Below are positions 10,240-19,492 of a stretch of 64,000 bases of DNA, piece by piece (positions within the stretch are counted from its first letter, which is position 1; every line of letters starts with the position of its first letter). Position numbers and translations under genes: made by a program. Source of the stretch: an uncultured bacterium (GTDB lineage: Bacteria; Verrucomicrobiota; Verrucomicrobiia; Verrucomicrobiales; DEV007). Where the stretch lies: contig CAXBMO010000014.1 in the NCBI GenBank assembly GCA_963977015.1, positions 64,001-128,000 on the forward strand, written 5' to 3'. The notes under the pieces were generated by a model. That model saw only the letters and a list, made by a program, of their open reading frames with translations, was not told the origin of the DNA and made no database searches.

Positions 10240-10283
10240 GGATGTTTGAGTTTGGGATTTGGAGTTTTGGTAGTTGTCACCGG

Positions 10284-10314
10284 CTTGAACGCCGTCCAAC
10301 TCCCGCCCCCTCAA
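10284..10314 (-). promoter_or_regulatory. Putative ECF promoter upstream of the efflux operon
   Basis: Minus strand reads TTGAGGG-GGCGGGAGTTGGA-CGGCGTT-CAAG; same motif and spacing as 1200-1230. Confidence 0.7.
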
Positions 10315-10443
10315 ACTTTCTCAGAGAAAGCATCGAAGTCCTGAATTTCTAAGGTGGAAACAGCGGCTCGCGAGAATATTCAGAAAAATATGAGGGATGA
10401 TTCTTTGGGCGTCGTTGAACCCCTATGAACAACCTCTGTAACA

Positions 10444-10701
10444 ATGAAAAAACCCATCTACTTCATATCCTTCCTCGTTTTGGCAGTCGGCATCTCTTGG
10501 GCCGTGCCGCCAAGCAAGACCAACTACCAGTCCTTCCAGCGCATCCGCAAGGAGCATCAGGAAAAGGCTAGGGAAGCCAAGGCATCGGGCCAAAACGTCC
10601 AGCAATCGGCGCAACGCCAGACGACCGTAGGACTCAACGTCGGCAAGCAAGAGAGGAAACCTTCGATCATCCAAAAATATCGCCAACGCAAAGGGCACTA
10701 A
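10444..10701 (+). CDS. Small secreted basic hypothetical protein
   Basis: 85 aa with signal peptide MKKPIYFISFLVLAVGISWA, followed by a stem-loop. Confidence 0.6.
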   Translation: MKKPIYFISFLVLAVGISWAVPPSKTNYQSFQRIRKEHQEKAREAKASGQNVQQSAQRQTTVGLNVGKQERKPSIIQKYRQRKGH

Positions 10702-10733
10702 TTTCTCTGCCCTGCCTAACCTGACAACCAACT

Positions 10734-10780
10734 GGAAGCCGGAGCGCGAACCTGCCCTCGCGTTTCGGCTTTCCGCGTTT
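10734..10780 (+). terminator. Stem-loop downstream of the small ORF
   Basis: GGAAGCCGGAGCGCGA...TCGCGTTTCGGCTTTCC inverted repeat with G-U pairs; weak T tract. Confidence 0.45.
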
Positions 10781-11052
10781 CGAGATGCGGGCGAGGATGA
10801 TACCTGGCACTGAACCTGCTGTCTGTCGCGATCATGTGATATTCAGTCTTTGGTGTTCAGTCTGGAACTCTAAAGTCTAGAGCGAATCAGTATGGGAGTG
10901 GCGTCAGTTCGAAACTCACACTTCAGACACTTCTTGGTTCCAAAGTGCAGATCACGTCTCACTCTTGGAGAAAGGGGAAAGGGGCATTGAGTTGATCGAA
11001 GAAATGAAGAAATCGAACTGGTCTCGGGCATTCATGATTGGTTAGAAGGAGC

Positions 11053-11415
11053 TTAGATCTCTGAAATTGTTCTTTGGTCGAAGTGCAGATCTCGCTCGAT
11101 GCGGAGTCCTGCAGGGCCGCGAATTTCGAGAAGTTCTTCCAGGGAGAAGTAGCCGTATTCCTGCTCGAACCCATCGACCAGCCCGAAGAAGCGCAGGTCT
11201 TCGGGATCAAATTCGGTTGCATACCAGGTCCAGTTACTCCAAGGCGTGAAAAACTTGGCGATGATTTGAGGATCAACGACGTGCTCCTGCCGGCCGACTT
11301 GGGTGAAAGTTTCGAGCAACTCGGCATTGATCAGTTGGTGGCCGGGATGCTCGAATTCGAGCCGGGTGAGGATTTCGTCGAGTGCCGGTGAACGGGAACC
11401 ATCTTCGAGTCCCAT
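11053..11415 (-). CDS. DUF2958 domain protein
   Basis: [47 protein letters not shown] signature; family is common on mobile DNA. Confidence 0.85.
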   Translation of the reverse strand: MGLEDGSRSPALDEILTRLEFEHPGHQLINAELLETFTQVGRQEHVVDPQIIAKFFTPWSNWTWYATEFDPEDLRFFGLVDGFEQEYGYFSLEELLEIRGPAGLRIERDLHFDQRTISEI

Positions 11416-11516
11416 GGGAAATTGGGTTAAGAGCTAGAATCGAACTGTGGAGCTGGATAGTGGCGGGTAAGTTCCGTCCATTAAGGAAGCGAAAGCGCTG
11501 GATCTTCGTCTATGAT

Positions 11517-12710
11517 TTAATCGTCATAGGATAGAAAATCGACTGCGATCCATCCGTCCTGGATGCCAGGTGGAATGACGATGATCGTCGTCTCACCGAC
11601 TTCGTAGTTGGCTATTTCCAGTTCCTGGCGCCCTCCTCCGGCTTGGTCTTCGGCCCAGGATTCCTCGGGTGGAAACGGATGATACTCGATCGGCTCGCCA
11701 TTCACGGTGATGCCGCTACAGCCGACCTTGTGGGTCAGGGTGAAGCTAAAACCGGGCGGAATGACGATGGTCTCCCCGTCAGGATTGAGGGCTCGCTCGA
11801 AGTTGGAAAGCTGTTCCCCTGCTTCGGCCAGCATCCGCAACGCTTTTCCGCGGAGGTGGTGGATCTCCATGAAAAAGCGGAACGGATCCTGGTTCGCGGA
11901 CTCCGGGATCGTGTGAGCGGCAAATTCGTCGCCGAGATCGCGCTCCTGGAATTGTTTGCGAAGCTGGCGATGGTTGGGGCCCCCCGCTAGGGCCTGCTCG
12001 CGTCCCGGGTAATAGGTGAGGTGAACGTAAGTGCCGGAATCGACGACACCCACGTTCTGGGCATAGTCAAGGACGGCGAAATAACTGCGACCGGAAATCT
12101 CAAGCTCGGTGAACGGCTCAGACAGGAATCCGATCGGGTTTGTTTCGGTGACGTGATGGATGAAGGAAAACGCCTCGGCCCGCTCTGCCCAAATTTGCGC
12201 CATGGCGTCAGCGTGAGCCTCGAAGGCCTGAACATCTTCGAGCGAATAGGAAGCATCTTCCAGAAGTTGAGGAGACTGTTCGAATAGGACTATGCAGCGG
12301 CCAGGTTCGACCGAAAGCCCACTCCAAAGATCGGCTTCCCATTCTTCAATGGAATCATACCCGTGTCCAACCGATCCACGTGTGAGGTCGCCGGTCGAGG
12401 AAACGGCGTAGAGCATGCTGGATAGGCCATCGTTGCAGCTATGCGCGATGGCAAGCCATTCAGGATGGCCAGGGATCTGCGAAGTCGGCTCCGTCTTTAG
12501 CTGGAGAGCGTCACTCGCCTGAAGCTGGCTTGTGAGTTCGGCGAGAAAAGCGTGTCTTCGTGCGTCAGCCGATTCTGGGGAGGGCAGGTTGAATGGGTTA
12601 TTCACCCTTGTTCTACCCAAATGGTTGAAGCTGTCAATCTGTGGCAGATGGAAGCAAGCCCGGTCAAATGAAGTTGAGGCTCCAAATTGGCGAATCGCAC
12701 TCACCGACAT
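11517..12710 (-). CDS. Hypothetical acidic protein (true start may be downstream)
   Basis: 397-aa ORF co-oriented with DUF2958; no recognised motif. Confidence 0.55.
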   Translation of the reverse strand: MSVSAIRQFGASTSFDRACFHLPQIDSFNHLGRTRVNNPFNLPSPESADARRHAFLAELTSQLQASDALQLKTEPTSQIPGHPEWLAIAHSCNDGLSSMLYAVSSTGDLTRGSVGHGYDSIEEWEADLWSGLSVEPGRCIVLFEQSPQLLEDASYSLEDVQAFEAHADAMAQIWAERAEAFSFIHHVTETNPIGFLSEPFTELEISGRSYFAVLDYAQNVGVVDSGTYVHLTYYPGREQALAGGPNHRQLRKQFQERDLGDEFAAHTIPESANQDPFRFFMEIHHLRGKALRMLAEAGEQLSNFERALNPDGETIVIPPGFSFTLTHKVGCSGITVNGEPIEYHPFPPEESWAEDQAGGGRQELEIANYEVGETTIIVIPPGIQDGWIAVDFLSYDD

Positions 12711-12864
12711 TCGTAAACGATTAAAGGTTTCTGATGGTGCCGCGGTTTAAACCGCCACTCTTGGACGGTTGGACCGATTCAAATGCCCAGCCAGTGCCCA
12801 GCCGCTTTTTCAGAAACGAAAAAAGCGACTCTTGATTTCTCGGAAGTCGCTGATTGTAAGAAAG

Positions 12865-12920
12865 ATGGGCAGGATAGGATTCGAGCCTCTGAAGGCATAG
12901 CCAGCAGATTTGCAGCCTGT
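12865..12920 (-). pseudogene. Degenerate tRNA 3' fragment, Tyr-like (long variable arm, anticodon reads GCA)
   Basis: Minus strand ACAGGCTGCAAATCTGCTGGCTATGCCTTCAGAGGCTCGAATCCTATCCTGCCCAT: anticodon arm, variable arm and T-arm with mutated TTC; no D-arm or 5' acceptor strand. Confidence 0.55.
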
Positions 12921-13397
12921 TACCGACTCGATTTAGAGATAAGGCTGGCGCCCGATTGAGCGCCAGCCTGAAGTTGCATTGATTAACCGAGCTTATTTCG
13001 CTCCTCAAATTCAACGATATCAGAGAAACTGTATCTTTTGATTCTACCTGTAAGGAAGATGGGTTTTAAGTTACCCATTTTCTCCATCCTTCTCAGTGTT
13101 TCGCGGCAGCACTGCCAACGAATCATGAGGTCCTTCGTGGTCAAAAATTCCTTCTCAACCACCTTTCAAAACAGAGGGCCGTTGCCTTCTGGGCTTTGTA
13201 GCAATCAGACTGAACATCTTTTGGGTGTCCATTAGTCCACAATGCCACTTTTTTTGCTGCACTCAACATCCAATCCCTCTTTGACTCTTGAAGGACCCTG
13301 AATGGGTTCATTTCCTCTTCCAAAAAAGTGAGCACAAAGTGAGAACGGAACCCTTTGGTTGCCTTTTTGTATCCTGCGTAACTCCCTGAGAGTGAGA

Positions 13398-13444
13398 GGC
13401 GCGCTCGGAAGGATTCGAACCCTCAACCTTCTGATCCGTAGTCA
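13398..13444 (-). pseudogene. tRNA-Arg(ACG) 3' half, probable att remnant
   Basis: Minus strand TGACTACGGATCAGAAGGTTGAGGGTTCGAATCCTTCCGAGCGCGCC; similarity stops in the anticodon stem. Confidence 0.8.
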
Positions 13445-13751
13445 TGGGCTGGCCATTTGCACAAGTAACTGAGGTAACAATTTCGTAATCCATCTTCCAG
13501 TGCGATTTATCGCGATTATTTCGTGATAAACAATCGAGAATATGGGCAACAAAATCGCGACTATTCTGACTTATTACGGGGAGTTTTTCTGAATTCCCTC
13601 GAGAAAAACATCAGGAACGCTGCACTGGGGGTGCAGAAGCCCGTAGGTTGATTATCCCTCTAGCCGGGGACCTTTATGCTTTGCAGCTTCCCTGTAGATC
13701 CGGAAATCTCGGATTTGTCCAAGACATCATGAAAGTGAGCAAGCCAGCTTG

Positions 13752-13773
13752 ATGTGACAAAATGTGACAAAAT
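13752..13773. repeat. Tandem 10-bp direct repeat resembling integrase arm-type sites
   Basis: ATGTGACAAA ATGTGACAAA AT, about 80 bp before the tRNA-Glu fragment. Confidence 0.5.
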
Positions 13774-13852
13774 CTTGCCGTATTGTGGCAAGAAGTGGCG
13801 GGGTTTGGCGTCCCTGGCTTAGTTACGAATCGGGGAAATTTAGTTAGGAAAT

Positions 13853-13879
13853 CGGGTTCGAATCCCGTACGGGTCGCCA
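13853..13879 (+). pseudogene. tRNA 3' end fragment (Glu-like), probable att remnant
   Basis: CGGGTTCGAATCCCGTACGGGTCGCCA: T-arm, acceptor 3' strand and CCA; upstream sequence is not tRNA-like. Confidence 0.7.
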
Positions 13880-13974
13880 TTTTTTCAGGTTATATTCAAA
13901 GTCCCGGGCAGGGACTCACGGGATCACAAAGAGCCCAGTTCTACGGATCTACACCAAAGTTTGGGGACTGCTTG

Positions 13975-14180
13975 AGATGCGGGATCTGAAAACCGGGCGA
14001 CCTCGCCAATTTGCGCGAGAAGGTGCGGAAAGGGTTTCCGTTTTTCCCGATCAATCGGCCCAAAAACCGCTCGTGACGGTAATGGTTGGCCGTGAAGCTG
14101 GAACCTACTCGAACGCCGATTTCGCGACTAACTGGATCTATTGAAAGCGGGAACTCCGCAGCGAATTTCCTGATCGCAGT
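13975..14180 (+). mobile_element. Degenerate copy of RAYT 3' end and downstream flank
   Basis: Aligns by eye with 19915-20147 (AGATGCGGGAT, AGGGTTTCC, GTGAAGCTGG, CGAACGCCGATTTCGCGA, GATCGCAGT). Confidence 0.65.
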
Positions 14181-14249
14181 TTCCAATCAGGCACGATTTT
14201 GTTAAAGATCACGATTGATAGCGATGAATTGATGTTCTGCGGAAGAAAT

Positions 14250-15074
14250 GACCGTCCTTTACGCTTCTTTTGGATTTTCGCGCTCAACATGGCCGTGGCC
14301 TTCTTCGGGGTTTACCTCCTGAAACGGCTGAATCAGGACATCTCCACGGTGATTTTCCTGGCCGTGGCGAGTCAGTTCGTGAACGTCTTCTTCTTCCGGA
14401 TCTGGGGCAACCTGGCCGATCGCTGGAACAACCGCAGCGCCCTGATCGTCGCCGGTCAGCTCTTCTTTTTCAGCGTGTTGCTCAGGCCCTTCACCACCAT
14501 GCCGGAGAAGCACGATTACACCCTCGCGATCCTGATTTTGATCCACGTGCTCGTCGGGATTTCCACCGCCGGGGTCAACCTCTGCGTCGGCAACCTGGTC
14601 CTGAAAAGCGCCCCGAAAGGCAAAGCCACCGCCTTTCTCGCCGCCAACGCCGTGGTTGCGGGAATCGCCGCAACCCTGGGACCGCTCACCGGCGGCTGGC
14701 TCGGCGACCTGTTCGAACACAGCGAACTGAAGTTCACCCTGACCTATTCCAAGCTGACCGAGGGCGAGGCGATCGACGTTCCCGCGCTCAACTTCCGGGG
14801 CCTGGATTTCGTCTTCCTCCTCTCCGCGATTGTCGGTTCCTTCGCGGTTCACCGGCTTGCCTACGTCGAGGAATCGGCCAAATCCACCGACCGGCTCGGG
14901 CTGGACACGCTCTTTCACGAAACCCGCAAGGCCATGGCGCACGTCTCCAACGTCGCCGGGATTCGCCGCCTCACCCATTTCCCCTACGAACTGCTCGTGA
15001 AAAAAGTCACGATCCGCCGGAAAAACGGAAACAATCACAACAGCGAAAAGACGGCGTCGCCGGACGGGAGTTAA
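14250..15074 (+). pseudogene. MFS transporter, C-terminal half only
   Basis: About six TM segments, WGNLADRWNNR motif-A-like loop, ATLGPLTGGWL; no N-terminal bundle or credible start. Confidence 0.7.
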
Positions 15075-15260
15075 GCTTGGAAGCCCATCGCCTCGGCTGC
15101 GCGAATCTGGCATTCGTCCAGAACCTCGCGCGGCGCGGCGCAGGCATCGACCGTGCAGATCACCGCCCGGCCATTCCCATTTTGAAACGCGAAGGCCCGC
15201 GCGTGCAGAGGATCGTGGGCCGTCTCGCACGGTTTCGGCGTGAACCCGCCGATCAGATCC
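15071..15260 (-). pseudogene. Fragment of a neutral/alkaline ceramidase-like hydrolase
   Basis: LIGGFTPKPCETAHDPLHARAFAFQNGNGRAVICTVDAC resembles the HDPLxARA..VD N-terminal motif; truncated after about 60 aa. Confidence 0.45.
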
Positions 15261-15596
15261 ACCCGTCCCGCTCCACCAGCCCAAAGCGACCGGTCTCTCC
15301 GCCCCGGGAACTCAAGCTCGACGAAGAACGCACCCTCATTCTCGACGGCGATCCGGGGCCGCAGGAGGATATGCCGGTTTTTTGGGCGAACTGACCAACT
15401 GCCTGGCCAGTCCGGCGCTGGATAGGTTTCAAAACTCTTCTTCCTGCAAGCGGGGATCGCCGCGTCGTGCCCCCATCGCGTCCAAAAACCCCGAATCGTC
15501 CCGAAATTCTGCGGGAAGGCACGTGAATCCTTGATCAGTCGCCCCAGATCTGCCATGAATGGCCATGAGGATGGCGCAAAATTCCCCTTCCTCCCC

Positions 15597-15642
15597 CTGG
15601 CCCCCCTCCAACCCCCGGGCAAAGGTGATTCGGACGCGGGAG
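15597..15642 (+). repeat. 46-bp junction repeat, copy 1
   Basis: CTGGCCCCCCTCCAACCCCCGGGCAAAGGTGATTCGGACGCGGGAG; 44/46 identical to 19447-19492. Confidence 0.9.
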
Positions 15643-15665
15643 GGCCAAAAGCAAATTCCTATCAG

Positions 15666-16254
15666 TGACACCGCCATCGGCCGGGTCCTCGACTTCCTCG
15701 ATGAGACGAATCTCGCCGAAAACACCCTCGTGATCTGGTACTCCGACAACGGCGCCTTCCTCCTCGACGAACGCCGCGGCCTCGGTTACGCCTCCAACGC
15801 CCCCCTGCGCGACGGCGGCGTCACCCTCTACGAGGGAGGCATCCGCGTCCCCGCCATCGTCCGCTGGCCCGGCCGAATCGAACCCAGCTCCATCTGCTCG
15901 GAACCGGTCATCAGCATGGACCTCACCGCGATGTGTCTCGCGGCCGCCGGCGCCGATCCCCCCGGCGACCGCAAACTCGACGGCATCGATCCCACCGAGG
16001 TCCTCGCCGGCGAAGCACCCTCCCGCCACGACAATCTCTTTTGGCAGTGGAAACAGGGCCGCCAGGGAACCTGGCTCGCGGTGCGTTCCGGCGACCTCAA
16101 GCTCGTGCGTCCGGGAACCGAGGCCGCCTGGGAACTCTACAACCTCCGGGACGACATCGGCGAAAAAAACGACCTCGCCGCCGAACACCCCGACCGCGTT
16201 GCCGAGCTCAAATCCAAAATCGAAACCTGGCTCGCCACCGTCGTTGAAAACTGA
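15666..16254 (+). pseudogene. Sulfatase, C-terminal fragment
   Basis: DTAIGRVLDFL..NTLVIWYSDNG..SNAPLR..LYEGGIRVPAIVRWPG..WELYNLRDDIGEKNDLA; catalytic CxPxR half absent. Confidence 0.85.
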
Positions 16255-16484
16255 ATCACTTTCTGTCTGCGAACTGTAGCGGCTGCAGCCCGTCCAGCGA
16301 AGCTCGAAGAAGGATCCCGCCGTCGACCGCGATCCAGCGCCCCCTTAGCAGGGAATTCACCCGCCGTCCCCGCCCCATCCCCATTCCACAACCCTTATTC
16401 CCGCCTTCCTGCCTTCCTCATTCAAACCCCGCGACCCAAGACCCTCCCATCACCCCATCCACCCCCGCCGTCCCCACCGCTCCC

Positions 16485-16589
16485 TCACTTCTTCTCCGAG
16501 GCAAAGAGCGGGAACTCCGCGCTCGTCTCGTGCTCCCGCTCCATGATCGCGTCGATCTCCGCCACGATCTCCGGATGCGCGCCCGCGAC
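16485..16589 (-). pseudogene. Sulfatase extreme C-terminal remnant
   Basis: VAGAHPEIVAEIDAIMEREHETSAEFPLFASEKK*; 59 bp identical to 18965-19023. Confidence 0.8.
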
Positions 16590-16837
16590 CCATCACAATC
16601 TTCTCTTTAATCACCTAAGCCGCACCACGATCTTCCCGCTCCCCCAACCGCCGCTCCTGGATCCTCGTTCGTGGTTGCTGCTCATGTGTTTATCCGTTCT
16701 TCTGCCCAAAGCGCCCACGCAATCCGGTCGAGTGCCGGATAGTTGCCCTTGAAATCAACCGGGACTTCCGTCACCTTCACCGACTTTAGATCCGTCAGAC
16801 TCCCTTTCACCAGAGCTCCCCCAACAGATTCTCCACC

Positions 16838-18793
16838 ATGATCAGACTGACCATCGCCGCTTCACTCGCCCTTGCCCTGTCCTCTTCAGCGTTTTCCCAA
16901 GGATTTGACGGCAAGGATCAGATCCACCTCCGCGACCTCCTAGAGATGGATTCCTTCGTCTACACCTCTGGAGTGGACTACATGGAAGGATACCGACGCA
17001 GCGGGCAGTTCTCCGACGCTGAGGTTCAGAAATATGTTTCCAAGGCACACCAGGACCTGAAGGACAACGTCATCTGGCGATTGAACCATGTCTTGCCAAA
17101 GCTGAATCCCGAGCAAGAGATTCTGCTCGGTCAAATCGAACACTGTTTCAAGATGCCACGGGGCACCCAGTTCGAAGTGCAGAGAGCCAAGTCGGAGATT
17201 GTGGAGTGGCTTGCGACGCAGAAACCGGAGGCGAGTGATCGGGACTTCGCCTACTTCATGGCTGCGGATGGCTCCAACTACGACTTCGACAGCAAGGCCT
17301 TCGCCTTTTCAACCATGCCCATCACCTGGGGAGAGACTGATTTCACCTACCTGCTCCCGAGAGATCTTCCTCTGACTTCCATGAACGTTCTCTCCGGCGC
17401 CCAGGACCTCCGCCGAGAGTTCCGACTCTTTCTCGGGGAGGAAACTGTTTGGGATGGAAGAGTCGAGTGGAAGATTCCGCCAAGCATCAACCCGGAAGAA
17501 GTGGCCAATCGATTGGCTGACAGGGAAAAACTCGTCCTGCTCATCGAAGGCTCCCGAGCGGGAGCAACCTTCACGAAGATATCCCCCGAACAGCTTGCGC
17601 GCCACAACGAGGTCCGCCCCACGAACGCGGTGGCCGTTTCCCAGGTCTCCCTCTGGCTCTTCAACAAGGAAATGGCGACTTTTGAGCGCGTCTCCAACCC
17701 GATCTCACTTGCCGAGGCAACCGTCGACATGAAGACCGTTTCCGTTGAGGCCCCTGAGTACTTCAATCGGTTGGCCTTCCTCTACAAGGAGGGAGACTTC
17801 GCCCCCCGCCCTCCCGAGCAACCCGCTATGGACCTTGCCGCGGAACCCTTTCCCTCGCTGCCAGACCAGGTTGGCCTGATGCAACTTCTTCAAGACGAGA
17901 GATCCCGGATCACCCAGAGCTTTCTCTACGATTTGAAAACCGTCGCTCTGGACAAAACCTTCTTTGCGGCAAACGAGCCGGACTTCGCTCGCGCCGTCTT
18001 CAAGGAGCTATCTTCGAAGATCGCCTCGAATCAGGTGAGGGACTTTCCCTGGCATTTTGACATTTCGAGTCGTCTCGTCAGACCAGACCTGAAAACGAAA
18101 GCCATGGATCGAGCGATTCAGGAGTGTTTCGAGATCAAAAAGGGCACCGACCTGGAGGAAGCAAAGCGTGCCGAAATTGCCGCCTGGCTCGAAGAGATCG
18201 GACACCATCCTCCTCTCGACGAACAATGGCTCCTCGTCGGGTTCAAGCTCGATGACTACGACACGGATCGTAAGGCCTTCAAGATCAATAGAAAGATTAC
18301 CAAACTCGAACAGGAGATTGTGAAGAAGTACCACCTTTCGTCTGCCAGCCGTAACCTGGACCTGGCCCCGGCAATGTCCAAGGTTGCCGGTTTCGACGAG
18401 TGGCCGTTTCTCGATCACACGAAAATCACGACCACCTGGAGACTGATCCTCAATGACCAGCTTCATGACCGGGTGGAGTTTTTTCTGCCCATGAACGAGG
18501 AAGAGGCGCCCGGATTCGCTGAGCGGTTTGGACAAAGGCCCACTGAAGGCCTCTTTGTGATTCTTCAGGGGAAAGTAGAGGGAGTGCATCCTTCGGAGAC
18601 CACCTCCATGATTCACGGGGAGCATATGGACCTCGCTTTCAATGTTCACCGCGTCTCCGCCTGGAGTCTCGATCCCAAAGGATTGATTGCCACGAAAATC
18701 GGAGATGATCTGGATCCGGATACCGTCCTGATTCCAACTGGCGATAGTGACGATTACTTCCCTGTTCCCGGAGGCACCGAGGCTTCAGAATAG
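16838..18793 (+). CDS. Secreted hypothetical protein with two tandem homologous domains (possibly DUF4852-like)
   Basis: Signal peptide MIRLTIAASLALALSSSAFS; internal repeat IEHCFKMPRGT..EIVEWL..YDFDSKAF versus IQECFEIKKGT..EIAAWL..YDTDRKAF. Confidence 0.75.
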   Translation: MIRLTIAASLALALSSSAFSQGFDGKDQIHLRDLLEMDSFVYTSGVDYMEGYRRSGQFSDAEVQKYVSKAHQDLKDNVIWRLNHVLPKLNPEQEILLGQIEHCFKMPRGTQFEVQRAKSEIVEWLATQKPEASDRDFAYFMAADGSNYDFDSKAFAFSTMPITWGETDFTYLLPRDLPLTSMNVLSGAQDLRREFRLFLGEETVWDGRVEWKIPPSINPEEVANRLADREKLVLLIEGSRAGATFTKISPEQLARHNEVRPTNAVAVSQVSLWLFNKEMATFERVSNPISLAEATVDMKTVSVEAPEYFNRLAFLYKEGDFAPRPPEQPAMDLAAEPFPSLPDQVGLMQLLQDERSRITQSFLYDLKTVALDKTFFAANEPDFARAVFKELSSKIASNQVRDFPWHFDISSRLVRPDLKTKAMDRAIQECFEIKKGTDLEEAKRAEIAAWLEEIGHHPPLDEQWLLVGFKLDDYDTDRKAFKINRKITKLEQEIVKKYHLSSASRNLDLAPAMSKVAGFDEWPFLDHTKITTTWRLILNDQLHDRVEFFLPMNEEEAPGFAERFGQRPTEGLFVILQGKVEGVHPSETTSMIHGEHMDLAFNVHRVSAWSLDPKGLIATKIGDDLDPDTVLIPTGDSDDYFPVPGGTEASE

Positions 18794-18922
18794 GCAACAC
18801 CGCCGGCGATCCCAAACGGTTGGCCTGGAGCGGGTGCTCAAGGCAGGGAAAGCTCGCCCACAGCGCAGCAAAGAAGTCCCCACTCCACATTACGCCGTTG
18901 CGCCGTTGCGGGAGGCTCCCGC

Positions 18923-19441
18923 CTACTTCTTCTCCCTCGCAAAGAGCGGAAAGTCCGGGTTCACCTCGTGCTCCCGCTCCATGATCGCGTCGATCTCCGC
19001 CACGATCTCCGGATGCGCGCCCGAGACATCGGTCGTCTCCCCGAGATCCTTTTCCAGGTCGTACAACTCCATCGGCGACTCCAGGTTCTTCATCACGTCC
19101 AGCCGCACCGCCTGCTTGCCTCCGCGCTCCGTGAACTCCCAGTAGAGGTGCGGATGCTCCGCCTGCTTCCCCCCGCAAAGCTCCGGCAGAAACGAAATCC
19201 CGTCGCTCGCTTCCGGCGCCGCCACCCCCGCCAATTCGCAAACCGTCGGCAGGACGTCCCAGAAAGCCGAAACGTGGTCGCTCCGGCTCCCCGCGGCAAC
19301 CCGGCCCGGCCACCAGGCGATCATCGGCACCCGGATTCCGCCCTCGTAGAGATCGCGCTTCACGCCCCGCAGCGGTCCCGTGCTGTTGAAAAACTCCGGA
19401 TCCGCTCCGCCCTCCACGTGCGCCCCATTGTCGCTCGTGAA
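18923..19441 (-). pseudogene. Arylsulfatase, C-terminal fragment
   Basis: FTSDNGAHVEGGADPEFFNSTGPLRGVKRDLYEGGIRVPMIAWWPG..LYWEF..ELYDLEKDLGE; cut next to the 46-bp repeat. Confidence 0.85.
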
Positions 19442-19446
19442 CGGGA

Positions 19447-19492
19447 CTGGACCCCCTCCACCCCCCGGGCAAAGGTGATTCGGACGCGGGAG
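19447..19492 (+). repeat. 46-bp junction repeat, copy 2
   Basis: CTGGACCCCCTCCACCCCCCGGGCAAAGGTGATTCGGACGCGGGAG, abutting the RAYT fragment. Confidence 0.9.

Noticed and set aside
12865-13879. Functional tRNA genes, including a Tyr-body tRNA with a GCA anticodon
   Set aside because: All lack the 5' acceptor strand and D-arm; the GCA copy also has T-loop and stem mutations, so decay is more likely than recoding
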